Shown: positions 52,268 through 60,206 of the stretch, in pieces | How positions within the stretch are numbered: the stretch's first letter is position 1 | Layout: every line of letters starts with the position of its first letter | Source: an uncultured Acidimicrobiia bacterium | GTDB lineage: Bacteria; Actinomycetota; Acidimicrobiia; Acidimicrobiales; CAIXPF01 | DNA: 64,000 nt | Direction: 5' to 3' | Assembly: GCA_903921205.1 (NCBI GenBank) | Contig: CAIXPF010000139.1 | Span: 71,733 to 135,732 of the forward strand | Program-made: the position numbers and the translations under genes | Notes under the pieces: model-generated | Told to the model about the DNA's origin: nothing | The model's database searches: none | What the model saw: the letters and a program-made list of their open reading frames with translations, nothing else

Positions 52268-53638
52268 TCAGCCGTCGAGGCCGAGCTGCTGGTCGAGGCG
52301 GGCGTGGAAGTGCCGGATGCGGCTCTCCTGGTAGTCGGCGAGCACCACCGCACGGTGCGATGCGGCACGCAGGCCCCTCTGCACCCGGGGCAGGTTCTCC
52401 ATGTCCTGGTCGATCACGAGGCCGAGGGCCTCGAAGCCGGGGGCGTGGGTCCAGCTCTCGCCGGGTTCGAGCCAGTGCTCGGCGGCGGTCTCGAAGCTGC
52501 CGTCCGGGGGGACGGGGTGCAGCAGCATGATCTCCATCAGGCTCCTGCCGGGGTCATCGCCCCACGGCCGGAAGCGGTAGGTGATGGGCAGGCTGTAGCC
52601 CATCCACGGGGCGAAGTTGGGGAACAGGAAGTACTGGATGCTGTCGAGCAGCTCGGCCTCGGAGGCGTCGGTGAGGTCCACCTGCCAGCGGCGGGCGTAG
52701 GCGGTGCGGAACACCTCGCCGAGGAAGGCCCGCACGTCGACGTCCTCGGGTACCTCGCGGCGGTCGGCGGCGGGCAGCATCTTCTGGACGGTGCGGGCGA
52801 TCTCGTCGGCCGGGACCCGGTCGATGAGCGCACTGGTCGGTATGCCGATGGCCTGCATCAGCCGGCTGACGTTCGGCCCGAACAGGTCGTACTGGGTCTC
52901 GAAGTCGTTGGCGAAGCGGATGGTGTGCGGATGGGTGGTCGACAGGTGGTAGCCCTCGAGGAAGGCTTCCATCACCGCCTTCCAGTTGGCATCGACGACC
53001 TGGCAGGCGTGATGGGCGACGTAGCGACCGTCGAGGGGATGCTGCGCGAAGTGCTCGGGCAGCGGTGCGGCGTAGCGTTCGAACGGCTCGGGGTCGGCGC
53101 CGGGATGGACGAACACGAAGCCCTGCCACTGCGCCACCGCGACCTCGGGCAGCTGCATCGAGCCGGCTTCGACGTGGGGGAAGTCCCACGCCGCGGGCAT
53201 GCCCCGGAAGGTGCCGTCGAGGCTCCACGCGAAGCCGTGGAACGGGCACTTGAACAGCGCGGCGTTGCCCCGGCCCTCGACCAGGGTCGTCCCGCGGTGC
53301 AGGCACGAGTTGTGGAAGGCCTTGATCGTGTCGGGCCCGCTGCGCACCACGATCAGGCTGAGATCGCCGACCTCGTAGAGCAGGTGGTCGCCGACGGCGG
53401 GCAGATGCTCGGCGCGGCAGGCCATCTGCCAGCTGTTGCGCCACAGCCGTTCGTGCTCGAGGCGGGCGAACTCGCGCGACGTGTACCGGTCGACCGCGAT
53501 GTCCGGGCCCGGGGTCCACGGCGCGCTGACGGCGCGCAGGGCCGGGGGCGGGCGCTGCGGATCGGCGTCCAGTACCGATTGGTAGGTCACGCCGGAGGGT
53601 GACCGCGCATCGCCACGTGCGTCCATGGCGGCGAACAC
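52268..53638 (-). CDS. Rieske [2Fe-2S] aromatic-ring-hydroxylating oxygenase, alpha-subunit-like
   Basis: The Rieske motif CLHRGTTL...CPFHGFAW is followed by a catalytic domain of about 300 aa. The start is GTG 53638 or ATG 53626. Confidence 0.85.
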   Translation of the reverse strand: MFAAMDARGDARSPSGVTYQSVLDADPQRPPPALRAVSAPWTPGPDIAVDRYTSREFARLEHERLWRNSWQMACRAEHLPAVGDHLLYEVGDLSLIVVRSGPDTIKAFHNSCLHRGTTLVEGRGNAALFKCPFHGFAWSLDGTFRGMPAAWDFPHVEAGSMQLPEVAVAQWQGFVFVHPGADPEPFERYAAPLPEHFAQHPLDGRYVAHHACQVVDANWKAVMEAFLEGYHLSTTHPHTIRFANDFETQYDLFGPNVSRLMQAIGIPTSALIDRVPADEIARTVQKMLPAADRREVPEDVDVRAFLGEVFRTAYARRWQVDLTDASEAELLDSIQYFLFPNFAPWMGYSLPITYRFRPWGDDPGRSLMEIMLLHPVPPDGSFETAAEHWLEPGESWTHAPGFEALGLVIDQDMENLPRVQRGLRAASHRAVVLADYQESRIRHFHARLDQQLGLDG

Positions 53639-53692
53639 TAGGTCAGCGTCGCCCGCCCGGCTTCCGATCGCGGCCCGGCTCCGGCTGCTCGG

Positions 53693-53896
53693 TCAGTGCA
53701 GCGGGCCGAGTTCGGCGGCGAGGAGCGCCTCGACCTCGTCGGGCCGGATCCGCAACCGGCCCTGCACGTGCAGGCAGCCCAACCGGCCCGAGCGCAGGGC
53801 CCGCAGCAGTACCGAGGTCGGCACGTCGAACACGTCGGCGGCGAAGGGCACCGACCACACCTCGCGCCCGTACTCGTCGGTGTCGTGGGGCTGCAC
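53693..53896 (-). CDS. Small helix-turn-helix DNA-binding protein (excisionase/MerR-like HTH_17 type)
   Basis: 67 aa. FDVPTSVLLRALRSGRLGCLHVQGRLRIRPDEVEALL matches the Xis/AlpA-type HTH pattern. Confidence 0.6.
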   Translation of the reverse strand: MQPHDTDEYGREVWSVPFAADVFDVPTSVLLRALRSGRLGCLHVQGRLRIRPDEVEALLAAELGPLH

Positions 53897-53911
53897 GGGG
53901 TCACCGTATCG

Positions 53912-54027
53912 CCCGGGCTCGTCGGACTGCCCGGGCTCGTCGGGCTGCCCGGGCTCGTCGGGCTGCCCGGGCTCGTCGGGCTGCGCCGGGCTCGTCGGGC
54001 TGCGCCGGGCTCGTCGGGCTGCGCCGG
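53912..54027. repeat. Intergenic tandem repeat: 4 x 18 bp (CCCGGGCTCGTCGG[A/G]CTG) then 2.3 x 19 bp (CGCCGGGCTCGTCGGGCTG)
   Basis: Direct reading. The switch in period from 18 to 19 bp argues against coding. Confidence 0.95.
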
Positions 54028-54102
54028 TTGTCCCGAACCGTCGCAGGCCGATGGGGGTTCCTACACTTGGCCCCCGCTGGTCCGATTCCAGGAGGAACCA
54101 TC

Positions 54103-54648
54103 ATGAGCGATCGTCGTGCGGCCGTGCCCACCGCAGCCCGGCTCCACCACAACGCCTACGTCACCCGTGACCAGGAGGCCACCCGCCACTTCTACGAGGA
54201 CATCATCGGCCTGCCGCTGGTGGCGACGTGGTGCGAGGCCGACGAGCTCTTCGGTGCCGAGCGGGTCTACTGCCACACCTTCTTCGGGCTCGCCGACGGC
54301 AGCGCCCTTGCGTTCTTCCAGTTCGCCGAGGAGAGCGACCAGGAGCAGTTCGGCCCGCCGATGCCGTTCACGCCGTTCACCCACATCGCCCTGAAGGTGG
54401 GCGCGGCCGAGCAGGCTGCAGTCGAGCAGCGCCTGGCCGAGGCCGGCTACGAGGCGCCGGCGACCTTCGTGCTCGAGCACGGCTACTGCCGGTCGCTCTA
54501 CGCCACCGACCCCAACGGCCTGATCGTCGAGCTGACCGTCGACCATCCCGACCTGGAGCAGATCAACGCCACCCGCCTCGCCCGGGCGCACGAGGAACTG
54601 CAGCGCTGGCTCGCCGGCGACCACACCTCGAACAACACCTATCGCTGA
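54103..54648 (+). CDS. VOC (glyoxalase/bleomycin resistance/dioxygenase) family protein
   Basis: The ATG follows the RBS GGAGGA. LHHNAYVTRDQEATRHFYEDIIGLPLV, THIALKV and DPNGLIVEL are present. Confidence 0.8.
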   Translation: MSDRRAAVPTAARLHHNAYVTRDQEATRHFYEDIIGLPLVATWCEADELFGAERVYCHTFFGLADGSALAFFQFAEESDQEQFGPPMPFTPFTHIALKVGAAEQAAVEQRLAEAGYEAPATFVLEHGYCRSLYATDPNGLIVELTVDHPDLEQINATRLARAHEELQRWLAGDHTSNNTYR

Positions 54649-54684
54649 GGGCACCGGCCTGCGGCGGACACCTGTCGGCAGGAC

Positions 54685-54915
54685 CTATCGCCGGCCGGCC
54701 GGCTGCAGCACGTCGCTCGCCGGGCCGGCGCGGCGCAGCACGGTGCCGTGGGTGGCGGTGTCGGCCAGGCGCCACCGCGCGGGCCGGGTGTCGGGCCGGT
54801 CGTCGTCGTCGGGCCACCAGCCGCGGCAACGGGGACACCACGATCCCCATCGCCCGGCGGGCCAGGCCCGGCCCGAGAGGAAGCCGCCGCAGTCGTGACA
54901 GGTGCTCGACGCCAT
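54685..54915 (-). CDS. Hypothetical small Cys/Trp/Arg-rich protein (possible zinc ribbon)
   Basis: MASSTCHDCGGFLSGRAWPAGRWGSWCPRCRGWW... gives CxxC...CxxC. GC3 is high, which is consistent with coding, but no homolog was recognised. Confidence 0.3.
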   Translation of the reverse strand: MASSTCHDCGGFLSGRAWPAGRWGSWCPRCRGWWPDDDDRPDTRPARWRLADTATHGTVLRRAGPASDVLQPAGRR

Positions 54916-54991
54916 CGGCCGATCATCCCCGGTCGGTGTGACGGTCAGCCGGTGCGGGACCACTTCTCCACGCACCCCGCCGACCTCGCTG

Positions 54992-55076
54992 CGGAGCGAG
55001 GGGGATTCGAACCCCCGGGGCCTTTCGGCCCGGCCGCTTTCAAGGCGGCTGCATTCGTCCGCTCTGCCATCGCTCC
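54992..55076 (-). tRNA. tRNA-Ser (anticodon TGA)
   Basis: The reverse complement reads GGAGCGATGGCAGAGCGGACGAATGCAGCCGCCTTGAAAGCGGCCGGGCCGAAAGGCCCCGGGGGTTCGAATCCCCCTCGCTCCG. The anticodon loop is CTTGAAA and the variable arm is long. Confidence 0.9.
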
Positions 55077-55170
55077 GTCGCCATCATCGCGCACCGGTCG
55101 CAGCGGGCAGTAGGCCGGGCCCTCCGGTGCCGGCGGACCGCTTGCACCGGCGGGCCCCGTCGCTTCGGGG

Positions 55171-56439
55171 GTGACGCGCTACGGTCCCGCGGTGATCTCA
55201 GGCCGCCGGTCCCGATTCGCCGTCGTGGACGGGAACTGGGTGGTGGTGGCGGCTGCCTTCGGCGCCAGCTTCGTGGCGTTCCTGGGCCTGTTCAACTTCG
55301 GGGTGTTCCTCGACGCCCTGACCGTCGAGTTCGGCGCCGGCAAGGGCCCCACCGCGGCGGTGTTCTCGGCCACCACATTGGTGTACTACCTGTGCGGCAT
55401 GGTGGCGGGCCGCCTGGCCGACCGCTACGGCCCCCGTCCGGTGATCGCCGCCTCGGCGGTGCTGATGGGTACCGGCTTCGTGGTCGGCTCACAGGTCCAT
55501 GCCCTGTGGCAGCTGGCCCTGGTGTGGGTGCTGACCCTCGGGCCGGGAGTGGGGGCGAGCTACGCGCCGCTGGTGGCCGCGGTGGGCGGATGGTTCGTCC
55601 GCCGCCGGGCCCTGGCATTGGGGGTGGCGCTGTCGGGGGTGGGGGCGGGCATCCTGGTGGGTGCGCCGATCTGCACAGCGTTGTTGCACCGGTTCGGTTG
55701 GCGGGGTTCCTTCCTGGTGCTCGGGGTGGGTTCGGCGGCCATCCTGGGTCTGTGCGCGCTGGCCGCGAGCCCGGTGCCGGGGTTCAGCCGGGGCGCGGCG
55801 GCCCCGATGGGGCCGTTGCTGCGGACCCGTACCTTCGGGTTGCTGTTCGCCGCAGTCGGCGTGCTGTCGTTGGCGTTCTTCACCCCGTTCGTGTTCCTGG
55901 TGTCCTACGCACAGTCCCGGGGTATCGCTGCGGGCACCGCGTCGCTGCTGGTCGGCCTGATCGGCATCAGCAGCACGGCCGGCCGTCTGCTGCTCGCTGC
56001 GGTCGGTGGGGTGGTGGGCGAGATCCGGATGTACCAGCTCTGTCACGGCCTGATGGCGTTGGGCTTCCTGGTGTGGCTGTTCGCCGGGGCGTCGGTGCCG
56101 GCGATCGCTGCGTTCTCGGTACTGATGGGCGCAGGGTACGGCGGGTTCGTGTCGCTGGCACCGGCGGTGCTGGCCACCGAGTTCGGGGCCGAACGGCTCG
56201 GCGGGCTGGTCGGCACCCTCTACAGCGCCTTCGCCATCGGCAGCGCCACCAGCCCGCCGTTGGTGGGTTGGCTCACCGACCAGGTCGGCGCGGTGCCGGG
56301 GATCGCGTTCGCCACCGTGGCCGCGACGGCGGCCTTCGTCATCACGTTGCTCCTGCGGCCTCGGACGCGACGGCGGCGCGGGGCGGCGGCCGGTGGTCCG
56401 ATCGACGGGCAGGGTGGCCCTGCGGTGTCCGCCGTGTAA
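55171..56439 (+). CDS. MFS transporter
   Basis: About 12 predicted TM segments and the motif GRLADRYGPRPV between TM2 and TM3. The start is uncertain. Confidence 0.8.
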   Translation: MTRYGPAVISGRRSRFAVVDGNWVVVAAAFGASFVAFLGLFNFGVFLDALTVEFGAGKGPTAAVFSATTLVYYLCGMVAGRLADRYGPRPVIAASAVLMGTGFVVGSQVHALWQLALVWVLTLGPGVGASYAPLVAAVGGWFVRRRALALGVALSGVGAGILVGAPICTALLHRFGWRGSFLVLGVGSAAILGLCALAASPVPGFSRGAAAPMGPLLRTRTFGLLFAAVGVLSLAFFTPFVFLVSYAQSRGIAAGTASLLVGLIGISSTAGRLLLAAVGGVVGEIRMYQLCHGLMALGFLVWLFAGASVPAIAAFSVLMGAGYGGFVSLAPAVLATEFGAERLGGLVGTLYSAFAIGSATSPPLVGWLTDQVGAVPGIAFATVAATAAFVITLLLRPRTRRRRGAAAGGPIDGQGGPAVSAV

Positions 56440-56457
56440 GCTGAGCGACGCAGTTCG

Positions 56458-56545
56458 GGAGAGGTGCCGGAGCGGCCGAACGGGGCGCCCTGCTAAGGCG
56501 TTGTCGGGGTCAACCCGACCGTGGGTTCAAATCCCACCCTCTCCG
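56458..56545 (+). tRNA. tRNA-Ser (anticodon GCT)
   Basis: GGAGAGGTGCCGGAGCGGCCGAACGGGGCGCCCTGCTAAGGCGTTGTCGGGGTCAACCCGACCGTGGGTTCAAATCCCACCCTCTCCG. The anticodon loop is CTGCTAA and the variable arm is long. Confidence 0.9.
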
Positions 56546-56604
56546 CGCTGTACTGCGCGCCTTGCCGGCCGGGCACGGCCGAGCACGGCCGAGCGGTGGC
56601 GTGT

Positions 56605-56991
56605 TCAGGACCCGGCGGGTTGCAGCAACTGCACGAGGTTGCCGTCGGGGTCGGCGAAGGTGGCGATCCACCCGCCCCAGGGTTCGGGCGAGGGCTCGCG
56701 CGTGAAGACGACGCCCCGGGCCCGTAGCGTGGCGGCCACGGCGACGATGTCGGGGGCGGCGAGGTTCAGCATGATCCGATGGGGGTCGCGTGCCGGGCCG
56801 TCGACCAGGGTGTGCACGCCCAGGGTGAGGCGCATGCCGTCGGGCCATTCGAAGGCGAGATGGCCCGGCCGGTCGGTGCGCACCGGCAGGCGCAGCACGT
56901 CCCGGTAGAACGCCGCGAGCGGCTCGTAGCGTTCGGCGGAGGTCCACAGCAGCACACCGTTGATGGGACCGAGGGCGGCCGGATCGGTCAT
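56605..56991 (-). CDS. VOC (glyoxalase) family protein
   Basis: 128 aa, with FADPDGNLVQLLQ at the C-terminus and a single VOC module. Confidence 0.8.
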   Translation of the reverse strand: MTDPAALGPINGVLLWTSAERYEPLAAFYRDVLRLPVRTDRPGHLAFEWPDGMRLTLGVHTLVDGPARDPHRIMLNLAAPDIVAVAATLRARGVVFTREPSPEPWGGWIATFADPDGNLVQLLQPAGS

Positions 56992-57058
56992 GGCACCAGT
57001 CCACCACGAAACGCGATTCCCGGTCGGTCGGGCAAGCCGCTACAGTGTGGAGCCGCCT

Positions 57059-57132
57059 GCGCTCGTAGCTCAATTGGATAGAGCATCTGACTACGGATCA
57101 GAAGGTTGGGGGTTCGAGTCCCTCCGAGCGCG
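57059..57132 (+). tRNA. tRNA-Arg (anticodon ACG)
   Basis: GCGCTCGTAGCTCAATTGGATAGAGCATCTGACTACGGATCAGAAGGTTGGGGGTTCGAGTCCCTCCGAGCGCG. The anticodon loop is CTACGGA. Confidence 0.9.
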
Positions 57133-57242
57133 CAGAGCAGTTCCGTAGCGCAGTTCCGCAGACCAGGTGGGGTTCTCGCCCCACCTGCTGTCGTTTTCGG
57201 TGGCAGGGGGACGGAGACAGCCTGCGTCGGTCGGGGCCTGGG

Positions 57243-57646
57243 GTGGCGGGCACGTACCGCCGCCCAGAAGGCCCCGACCGGTACCGGCACGATCGGGTCC
57301 CCGGCGATCGCCATGCCGCGGTACACCGCGTCGTGCGGGGCGCGCAGGCCTCGGGACGGGTGCTCCGGCGGGTAGGCGCGGGTGTAGCGGGGTCGCCGGA
57401 CGCTGTTCGTCAACGCCGCGTTCACCTCCCACATCGTCGGCATGGACCCCGGTGAGAGCGCCGAGCTGCTCGAGCTGCTCTACCGGCAGGCGGCCTTCCC
57501 CGAGTACCAGTGCCGGTTCCGGTGGACGCCGGGGGGCCCTGGCGATCTGGGACAACCGCTCGACCCAGCACTACGCCGCGTCGGACTACTACCCCCAGCG
57601 CCGGGTCATGGAACGCATCACCGTCGCCGGCGACCGGCCCTACTGA
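57243..57646 (+). pseudogene. Decayed TauD/TfdA-family Fe(II)/2-oxoglutarate dioxygenase (C-terminal remnant, frameshifted)
   Basis: Family-typical C-terminal blocks are split over three frames. These are [15 protein letters not shown] (57243 frame), [46 protein letters not shown] (57388-57530 frame) and [35 protein letters not shown] (frame ending at 57646). No N-terminal half is present. Confidence 0.65.
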
Positions 57647-57669
57647 CCACGCCGGCCCTACTGACCACG
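57634..57669 (+). repeat. 2 x 18-bp direct repeat CCGGCCCTACTGACCACG duplicating the pseudogene stop region
   Basis: Direct reading. Confidence 0.9.
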
Positions 57670-57694
57670 CCGGGCCACGGCCCGGCGGGACCGG

Positions 57695-59275
57695 TCAGGA
57701 CCGGTGCTCGACGGCGTCGCGGGCGATGCCGTCGAGCAGGCCGGGGAACACCAGCCGGTGGAACGGGGCCACCGCGTACCAGTAGGCCCGGCCGAACAGG
57801 CCACGGGGCCGGAAACGGGCGGTCTGCACCAGCAGGCTGCCGCCGTCGACAGGCTCGATCGTCCATTCCAACCACGCCACGCCCGGCAGGCGCATCTCGG
57901 CCCACAACACCAGCCGCCGGCCCACCTCGAGGTCCTCGACCCGCCAGAAGTCGACCGGCTCGCCGATCGCCAGGTGATCGGGATGCCGCCGCCCCCGTCG
58001 CAGCCCCGGCCCGCCGGCCACCTGGTCGAGCAGGCCGCGTGCCTGCCACAGCAGCTCGCCCCGGTACCAGCCCCGTTCGCCGCCGACCCGGCACACCGCC
58101 TCCCAGGTCCGCTGGGGGTCGGCGGCCACGACGACCCGGCGGACGTCGGTCAGCTCGGTGCCGCCGGTCCACGCCGGGTCGGTCGCCGCCGACTGCCACA
58201 CCGGCGAGGAGGCGTCGTCGAACTTCGTCGGGACGTCGCCGACCGCGGTACGTCCGATGGCCTTGCGCAGGGCCTCGGTCAGCGGCACCCGTTCGAAGGG
58301 GAACACCTGCTCGGCGCGATGGTCGGTGACGACCACCGAGTTCACCAACGAGTCGACCAACGGTCGGGCCAGCTGCGCCGGGACCGGCGTCACCAGGCCG
58401 ATCCACAACGACGACAGCCGTGGGGTGAGCACCGGCACCGGGATGAGCCGCCGTTTGGTCAGCCCTGCCTGTTCGGCATAGGCCGCCATCAACTCGGCGT
58501 AGGACACCACGTCGGGCCCGCCGATCTCGAGGATCCCCGACAGCGGTGCGGGGGCCTCGATGGTGGCGACGAGGTAGCGCAGCACGTCGCGGATCGAGAT
58601 CGGCTGGCAGGGGGTGCGCACCCATTTCGGGGTGACCATCACCGGCAGCACCTCGGTGAGGTAGCGCAGCATCTCGAAGCTGGCCGACCCCGACCCGATC
58701 ACCACCGCAGCCCGCAGCTCGACCGTCTCCACCGGTCCCTCGGCGAGCACCCGGCCCACGTCATGGCGGCTACGGAGGTGGTCGCTCAACTCGGTGTCGT
58801 CGTCGCCGAGGCCGCCGAGGTACACGATGCGCCGAACCCCGGCTCGTTCGGCGCTGCGCCGGAAGTTCTCGGCGATGGTCCGCTCGCGCTCGACCCAGTC
58901 GCTGCCCTCGCCGATGCTGTGGACCAGGAACACCGCGACCTCGATGCCGGCCATCGCCTCGGTGAGGTCCTCGGCGATGTCGGCGCGGACCACGTCGACC
59001 GCATCGTGCCACGGTGCCGGCTCGAGCTTGCGGGGGTCGCGGGCGAGGCAGCGGACCCGGTGGCCACGGGCGAGCAGCTCCGGTACCAGACGGCCGCCGA
59101 TGTAGCCCGACGCCCCGGTGACCAGCACCGAGCGCGCCCGGTCCGAACCCTCGGTCGCGGGCTCGGCGGGTGCGTTGATCGCCTCGTCATGGTCGTCGCG
59201 GTCCACGGCGGACCTCCCGTCGGTCGGCGGCCGGGCGCCCCGCCCGGCCGGTGTGACCCGATGGCTCCGGGTCAC
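57695..59275 (-). CDS. NAD(P)H-binding SDR-like protein with C-terminal DUF2867-like domain
   Basis: VLVTGASGYIGGRLVPELLARGHRVRCLARDPRKL is an NmrA/SDR-type N-terminus. It is followed by a C-terminal domain of about 170 aa (WRVEDLE...VAWLEW...) typical of DUF2867 fusions. Confidence 0.8.
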   Translation of the reverse strand: MTRSHRVTPAGRGARPPTDGRSAVDRDDHDEAINAPAEPATEGSDRARSVLVTGASGYIGGRLVPELLARGHRVRCLARDPRKLEPAPWHDAVDVVRADIAEDLTEAMAGIEVAVFLVHSIGEGSDWVERERTIAENFRRSAERAGVRRIVYLGGLGDDDTELSDHLRSRHDVGRVLAEGPVETVELRAAVVIGSGSASFEMLRYLTEVLPVMVTPKWVRTPCQPISIRDVLRYLVATIEAPAPLSGILEIGGPDVVSYAELMAAYAEQAGLTKRRLIPVPVLTPRLSSLWIGLVTPVPAQLARPLVDSLVNSVVVTDHRAEQVFPFERVPLTEALRKAIGRTAVGDVPTKFDDASSPVWQSAATDPAWTGGTELTDVRRVVVAADPQRTWEAVCRVGGERGWYRGELLWQARGLLDQVAGGPGLRRGRRHPDHLAIGEPVDFWRVEDLEVGRRLVLWAEMRLPGVAWLEWTIEPVDGGSLLVQTARFRPRGLFGRAYWYAVAPFHRLVFPGLLDGIARDAVEHRS

Positions 59276-59335
59276 GGGGTGAGGCTACGACCGCGGCCCC
59301 GGCTACATCGGGCCGGCACGCCGTCGAACGGGCCT

Positions 59336-59377
59336 GCGATTCGGCGGCGATTCGGCGGCGAATCGGCGGCGAATCGC
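59336..59377. repeat. Imperfect palindrome GCGATTC-GGCGGC-GATTC-GGCGGC-GAATC-GGCGGC-GAATCGC related to the GAATCG/CGATTC motif family
   Basis: Direct reading. The arms GCGATTC/GAATCGC and GATTC/GAATC are complementary, but the GGCGGC spacers are not. Confidence 0.8.
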
Positions 59378-59408
59378 CTGAGCGAGCGGTTGGGTCGCTC
59401 CTGCTGGT

Positions 59409-60206
59409 TCAGCCGGCGAGGCGGGTCTGACGGGTGGTGGCGAGCAGCGTGCCGTCGGGCAGCCAGATCGATCCGTCCTCCACCGCGAACCCGTCGTGGG
59501 AGTGGAAGGCGACCATCCGTGCGGTCAACCAGCCGTCGTCGCCGAGCGTCCAGCGGTCCGCAGCGCCATGGATCTGGATGGCGTACTCGACGGTGACGGC
59601 TCGGCTCGGCTCGCGGTTGCGGGCGAACACCGCCGGTGGCAGGTAGTCGCCGAACATGGTGAGCCATGCGCTGTCGAAGGTGGGGCCGTGCCACGGCCGG
59701 CTCCAGGCGATCCACTCGGCGAGCGGTGCGGCGCCGAAGGGCAGCCGGTCGGGGTGCAGCCAGGTGTCGACCTGGCTGAAGTGGGCGGCGTGCTCGCTGT
59801 GCAGGCGGACGGTGCCGGCCGGACGCACGGGCATCGCCGGGCCATCGTGGTACTCGGGCCCGACGCGGCGGGTGGCGTGGTGCAGGCGACCGACCACGGT
59901 CGTCTTCCCGTCCTGCACGGTCCGGACATGGGTGGTGGTCAGACCGCGGCCCCGCCGGACGACCTCGACCTCGACGTCGAGCTCGCCGGACGTGGTGCCA
60001 CGCACGTAGCCGAAGGTCGCGGCCCGCAGCGGGCTGTCGGCCGGGTCGAGGCCGTCGGAACGCAGGACGGTCTCGACCGCGACGAGCGCGACGGCGGCGA
60101 CGATGCCGCCGTTGACACCCTGCAGTGCGTTCCATGCCTCGCCGATGCGGACCCGGAAGCGGCCCTCGCCGAGTGCTTCGACGCTGACGTCATCGGACCA
60201 CATCAT
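59409..60206 (-). CDS. Acyl-CoA thioesterase-like (double hot-dog, TesB-like) protein
   Basis: MMWSDDVSVEALGEGRFRVRIGEAWNALQGVNGGIVAA... fits the pattern of the thioesterase-like superfamily, and the length of about 265 aa also fits. The call is by resemblance only. Confidence 0.65.
   Translation of the reverse strand: MMWSDDVSVEALGEGRFRVRIGEAWNALQGVNGGIVAAVALVAVETVLRSDGLDPADSPLRAATFGYVRGTTSGELDVEVEVVRRGRGLTTTHVRTVQDGKTTVVGRLHHATRRVGPEYHDGPAMPVRPAGTVRLHSEHAAHFSQVDTWLHPDRLPFGAAPLAEWIAWSRPWHGPTFDSAWLTMFGDYLPPAVFARNREPSRAVTVEYAIQIHGAADRWTLGDDGWLTARMVAFHSHDGFAVEDGSIWLPDGTLLATTRQTRLAG

Noticed and set aside
53912-54027. Possible CRISPR array.
   Set aside because: The repeats are contiguous 18/19-bp units with no spacers, and there are no cas genes. 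This is a simple tandem repeat.
53693-57132. Integrated mobile element suggested by a Xis-like HTH gene plus three tRNA genes and a pseudogene.
   Set aside because: No integrase, recombinase, conjugation or phage genes are present. No direct repeat of a tRNA 3' end was seen in the window. The intervening genes (VOC, MFS) have native-like composition. Only a decay scar at tRNA-Arg is reported.
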